Source: a virus (Duplodnaviria; Caudoviricetes). Taken from it: a DNA stretch of 57,983 nt. Positions 56,278 through 57,983 of the stretch are shown piece after piece (the stretch's first letter is position 1; each line of letters opens with the position of its first letter). The notes beneath the pieces were generated by a model, which saw nothing but the letters and a program-made list of their open reading frames with translations, ran no database searches and was not told where the DNA came from. Both the position numbers and the translations under genes were made by a program. The stretch is taken from the IMG/VR virus record IMGVR_UViG_3300045743_000846, positions 1 to 57,983 of that record, one strand, 5' to 3'.

Positions 56278-57983
56278 TTTTCCCCTTGCGCTGCGTCATG
56301 CGCAATCAGCGTCCAACTTGCGCCAACTTGTACCAGTTCCGGCGCGCCCGCTACCTTTTGCAGCAGGCTACGATTTTGCTGGATTTGGATGTACGGCAAG
56401 GCTTGCCCTTGGCGCAGCGGGTGGTCGGCACCATATCTTGCATCGGCTGGAGTGCAACGCCAGATGCCGCTTTGTGGACAGGTTTGGCCGGTATTGAGCG
56501 TGGTGCCGAGTGGCACGGCTGGGGCCATGGCCGATAAGGCCGGGATGGCCATTTCAAGCGGTATGGTCGCATCCGGGTCGAAATTATCGGGCAGTGGCTG
56601 GCCGGGGGTAGCGGCTACGCTGGCCGGTTCTACGTTTGCCAGTATGGCTGGTTCGGGCACGGTGGGAATATCACTTAGCACCGGGGCCAGGCCAAAATCA
56701 ATCGGATCACCCGCCGGATGTTTGCGTTTGTCATTGCCGGGGCTGATCACGGTAATGGTGGCTTGGTTTGGATCACGCAAATTGACGGCAACAGACGGGT
56801 TCTTGTTGCGGTAGCTGGCAATCAAGCCCAAATTCCACATCACGAACGGGGATGCAGCACCGGTTTCACCGAGACGGCGATGGATGTTGTAGCCGTTCTT
56901 CGGGTCAAACATATCAAAATGTGGGTCGTTCAGGTGCAGGTTCAGGGACAGCGGCACCACGGCCTTGCCATGGGATGCGTCACCATGGTCGTAGAAGATG
57001 CGCGCCTGTTTTTGCCCTTCCGGTAAGACGCCGAGTGCTGTTTTCCAACCGGCCTGAAATGCCAATTGTTTGTCGTGGTCGCTCATCAAGGTCTTTTTGA
57101 GTTTCGGCTCAAGCGTTGGGTGGCCGTCTTTGTCCTTCATGTAGGTCACGGTAACGGGCCGGTGCAAAATGCCGATGGTGGGCAGGTCGTCAAATTGTTT
57201 GATTTGCCAATCCAGCCAAGTTTCGGGCATGAATTCCGATGGTTTAAAGGGGGGCTTGCCCTTTGGATTGACTTCGTTGTAGGCGTTTGGCCCCTTGCTG
57301 GCGCGCACATATGGGCGCATGGCTTCGATGCGGTCGCGCCGGGCGAGTAGGATGGAGGCGATGCTTTCGGTGGGGTCGCCTTGTTTGTGGTAGCCTTCCG
57401 GGGTGCCGTTCCAGTCACGCACTGCGATGAGCAGGACGGGAACTTCAGGATGGTATTCAAAGAACTGGAATGCACTTTCCAAGACACTTTCCGGCAAGTC
57501 ACTGTATATCGGCTTTCTTATTTGCTTGGTTTGGTGTCCATGCAATCCGGCAGGTTGAAATATGGTGCCAATCCAATCGTAGTCGTCATTTCCTGGGCGT
57601 GTGCGCGTTTCAATCCGTCTGGTTGGCATCACATACACGTTGGGTATTACCCAACCTGCGGTAAAGTAACGGACACAATGCTCAATCGAGTCCGCTTCAC
57701 GTTGCCTGCTAATCAAGCCACGATAAGTGGCGTCCCAATAATAGAATTTTTGATCTTGTGGGACGATGGATTTGTCGCCCGCTTCATCCATCTTGCGCAG
57801 GGCGGTAGATTGCCTGAAATGTTCGATCGAGAGGCCAAGGCCAAGGACATCGAGCGTTTGCAGTCGTTTTTCAGCGGGTATCGTCATTTTTTTTTCGCTT
57901 AATTGGGTTGACAAATCAGTGGCTTGTACCGTCGTGATCAAGAAACCAATCAGGGCGATGATTACCGGATAGAATATTTTCAT
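56274..57983 (-). CDS. T6SS lipase-adaptor Tla3 / DUF2875-like protein
   Basis: FQFFEYHPEVP, W..WQIKQFDDLPTIGILHRP and RRLGETGAASPF..LGLIASY motifs; C-terminal TGQTCPQSGIW; overlaps the PAAR start. Confidence 0.75.
   Translation of the reverse strand: MKIFYPVIIALIGFLITTVQATDLSTQLSEKKMTIPAEKRLQTLDVLGLGLSIEHFRQSTALRKMDEAGDKSIVPQDQKFYYWDATYRGLISRQREADSIEHCVRYFTAGWVIPNVYVMPTRRIETRTRPGNDDYDWIGTIFQPAGLHGHQTKQIRKPIYSDLPESVLESAFQFFEYHPEVPVLLIAVRDWNGTPEGYHKQGDPTESIASILLARRDRIEAMRPYVRASKGPNAYNEVNPKGKPPFKPSEFMPETWLDWQIKQFDDLPTIGILHRPVTVTYMKDKDGHPTLEPKLKKTLMSDHDKQLAFQAGWKTALGVLPEGQKQARIFYDHGDASHGKAVVPLSLNLHLNDPHFDMFDPKNGYNIHRRLGETGAASPFVMWNLGLIASYRNKNPSVAVNLRDPNQATITVISPGNDKRKHPAGDPIDFGLAPVLSDIPTVPEPAILANVEPASVAATPGQPLPDNFDPDATIPLEMAIPALSAMAPAVPLGTTLNTGQTCPQSGIWRCTPADARYGADHPLRQGQALPYIQIQQNRSLLQKVAGAPELVQVGASWTLIAHDAAQGEN

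Overview
Most of the window (1 to ~46.8 kb, possibly to ~55.9 kb) is a temperate podovirus-like prophage, probably from a Burkholderiales host (inferred from the H-NS, AlpA and Tla3 types). In order it carries: a P4-type integrase and AlpA-like excisionase; a minimal immunity region (XRE repressor without a peptidase domain, no cro); YdaU and P-like replication genes; a Q-like late regulator; terminase, portal, scaffold and an N4-gp56-type capsid; head-tail and tail-fibre genes; a holin; and three ejection proteins, including a 4024-aa polyvalent protein with an intact N6-adenine methyltransferase. An AT-rich cargo block (AbiTii-domain protein, membrane proteins, secreted CHAP-like protein) interrupts the tail module. 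The right arm holds H-NS, three apparent pseudo-enzymes (two HsdM homologues lacking NPPF and a degenerate CobO/BtuR), two paralogous XRE regulators, a small peptide gene, a membrane protein and T6SS PAAR/Tla3-like genes. Most notable: (1) an XRE-regulator plus membrane-protein module present at both ends, one copy with an unannotated 55-aa two-repeat PPPPK peptide; (2) the orphan pair of catalytically degenerate HsdM genes next to pseudo-CobO; (3) a 69-aa mini-gene built from the capsid N-terminus and two portal segments; (4) a ~640-bp duplication of an Asp/Asn-hydroxylase gene whose first copy lost the HxD iron ligand. All family calls come from reading motifs by eye; no searches were run. 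The att sites could not be located.
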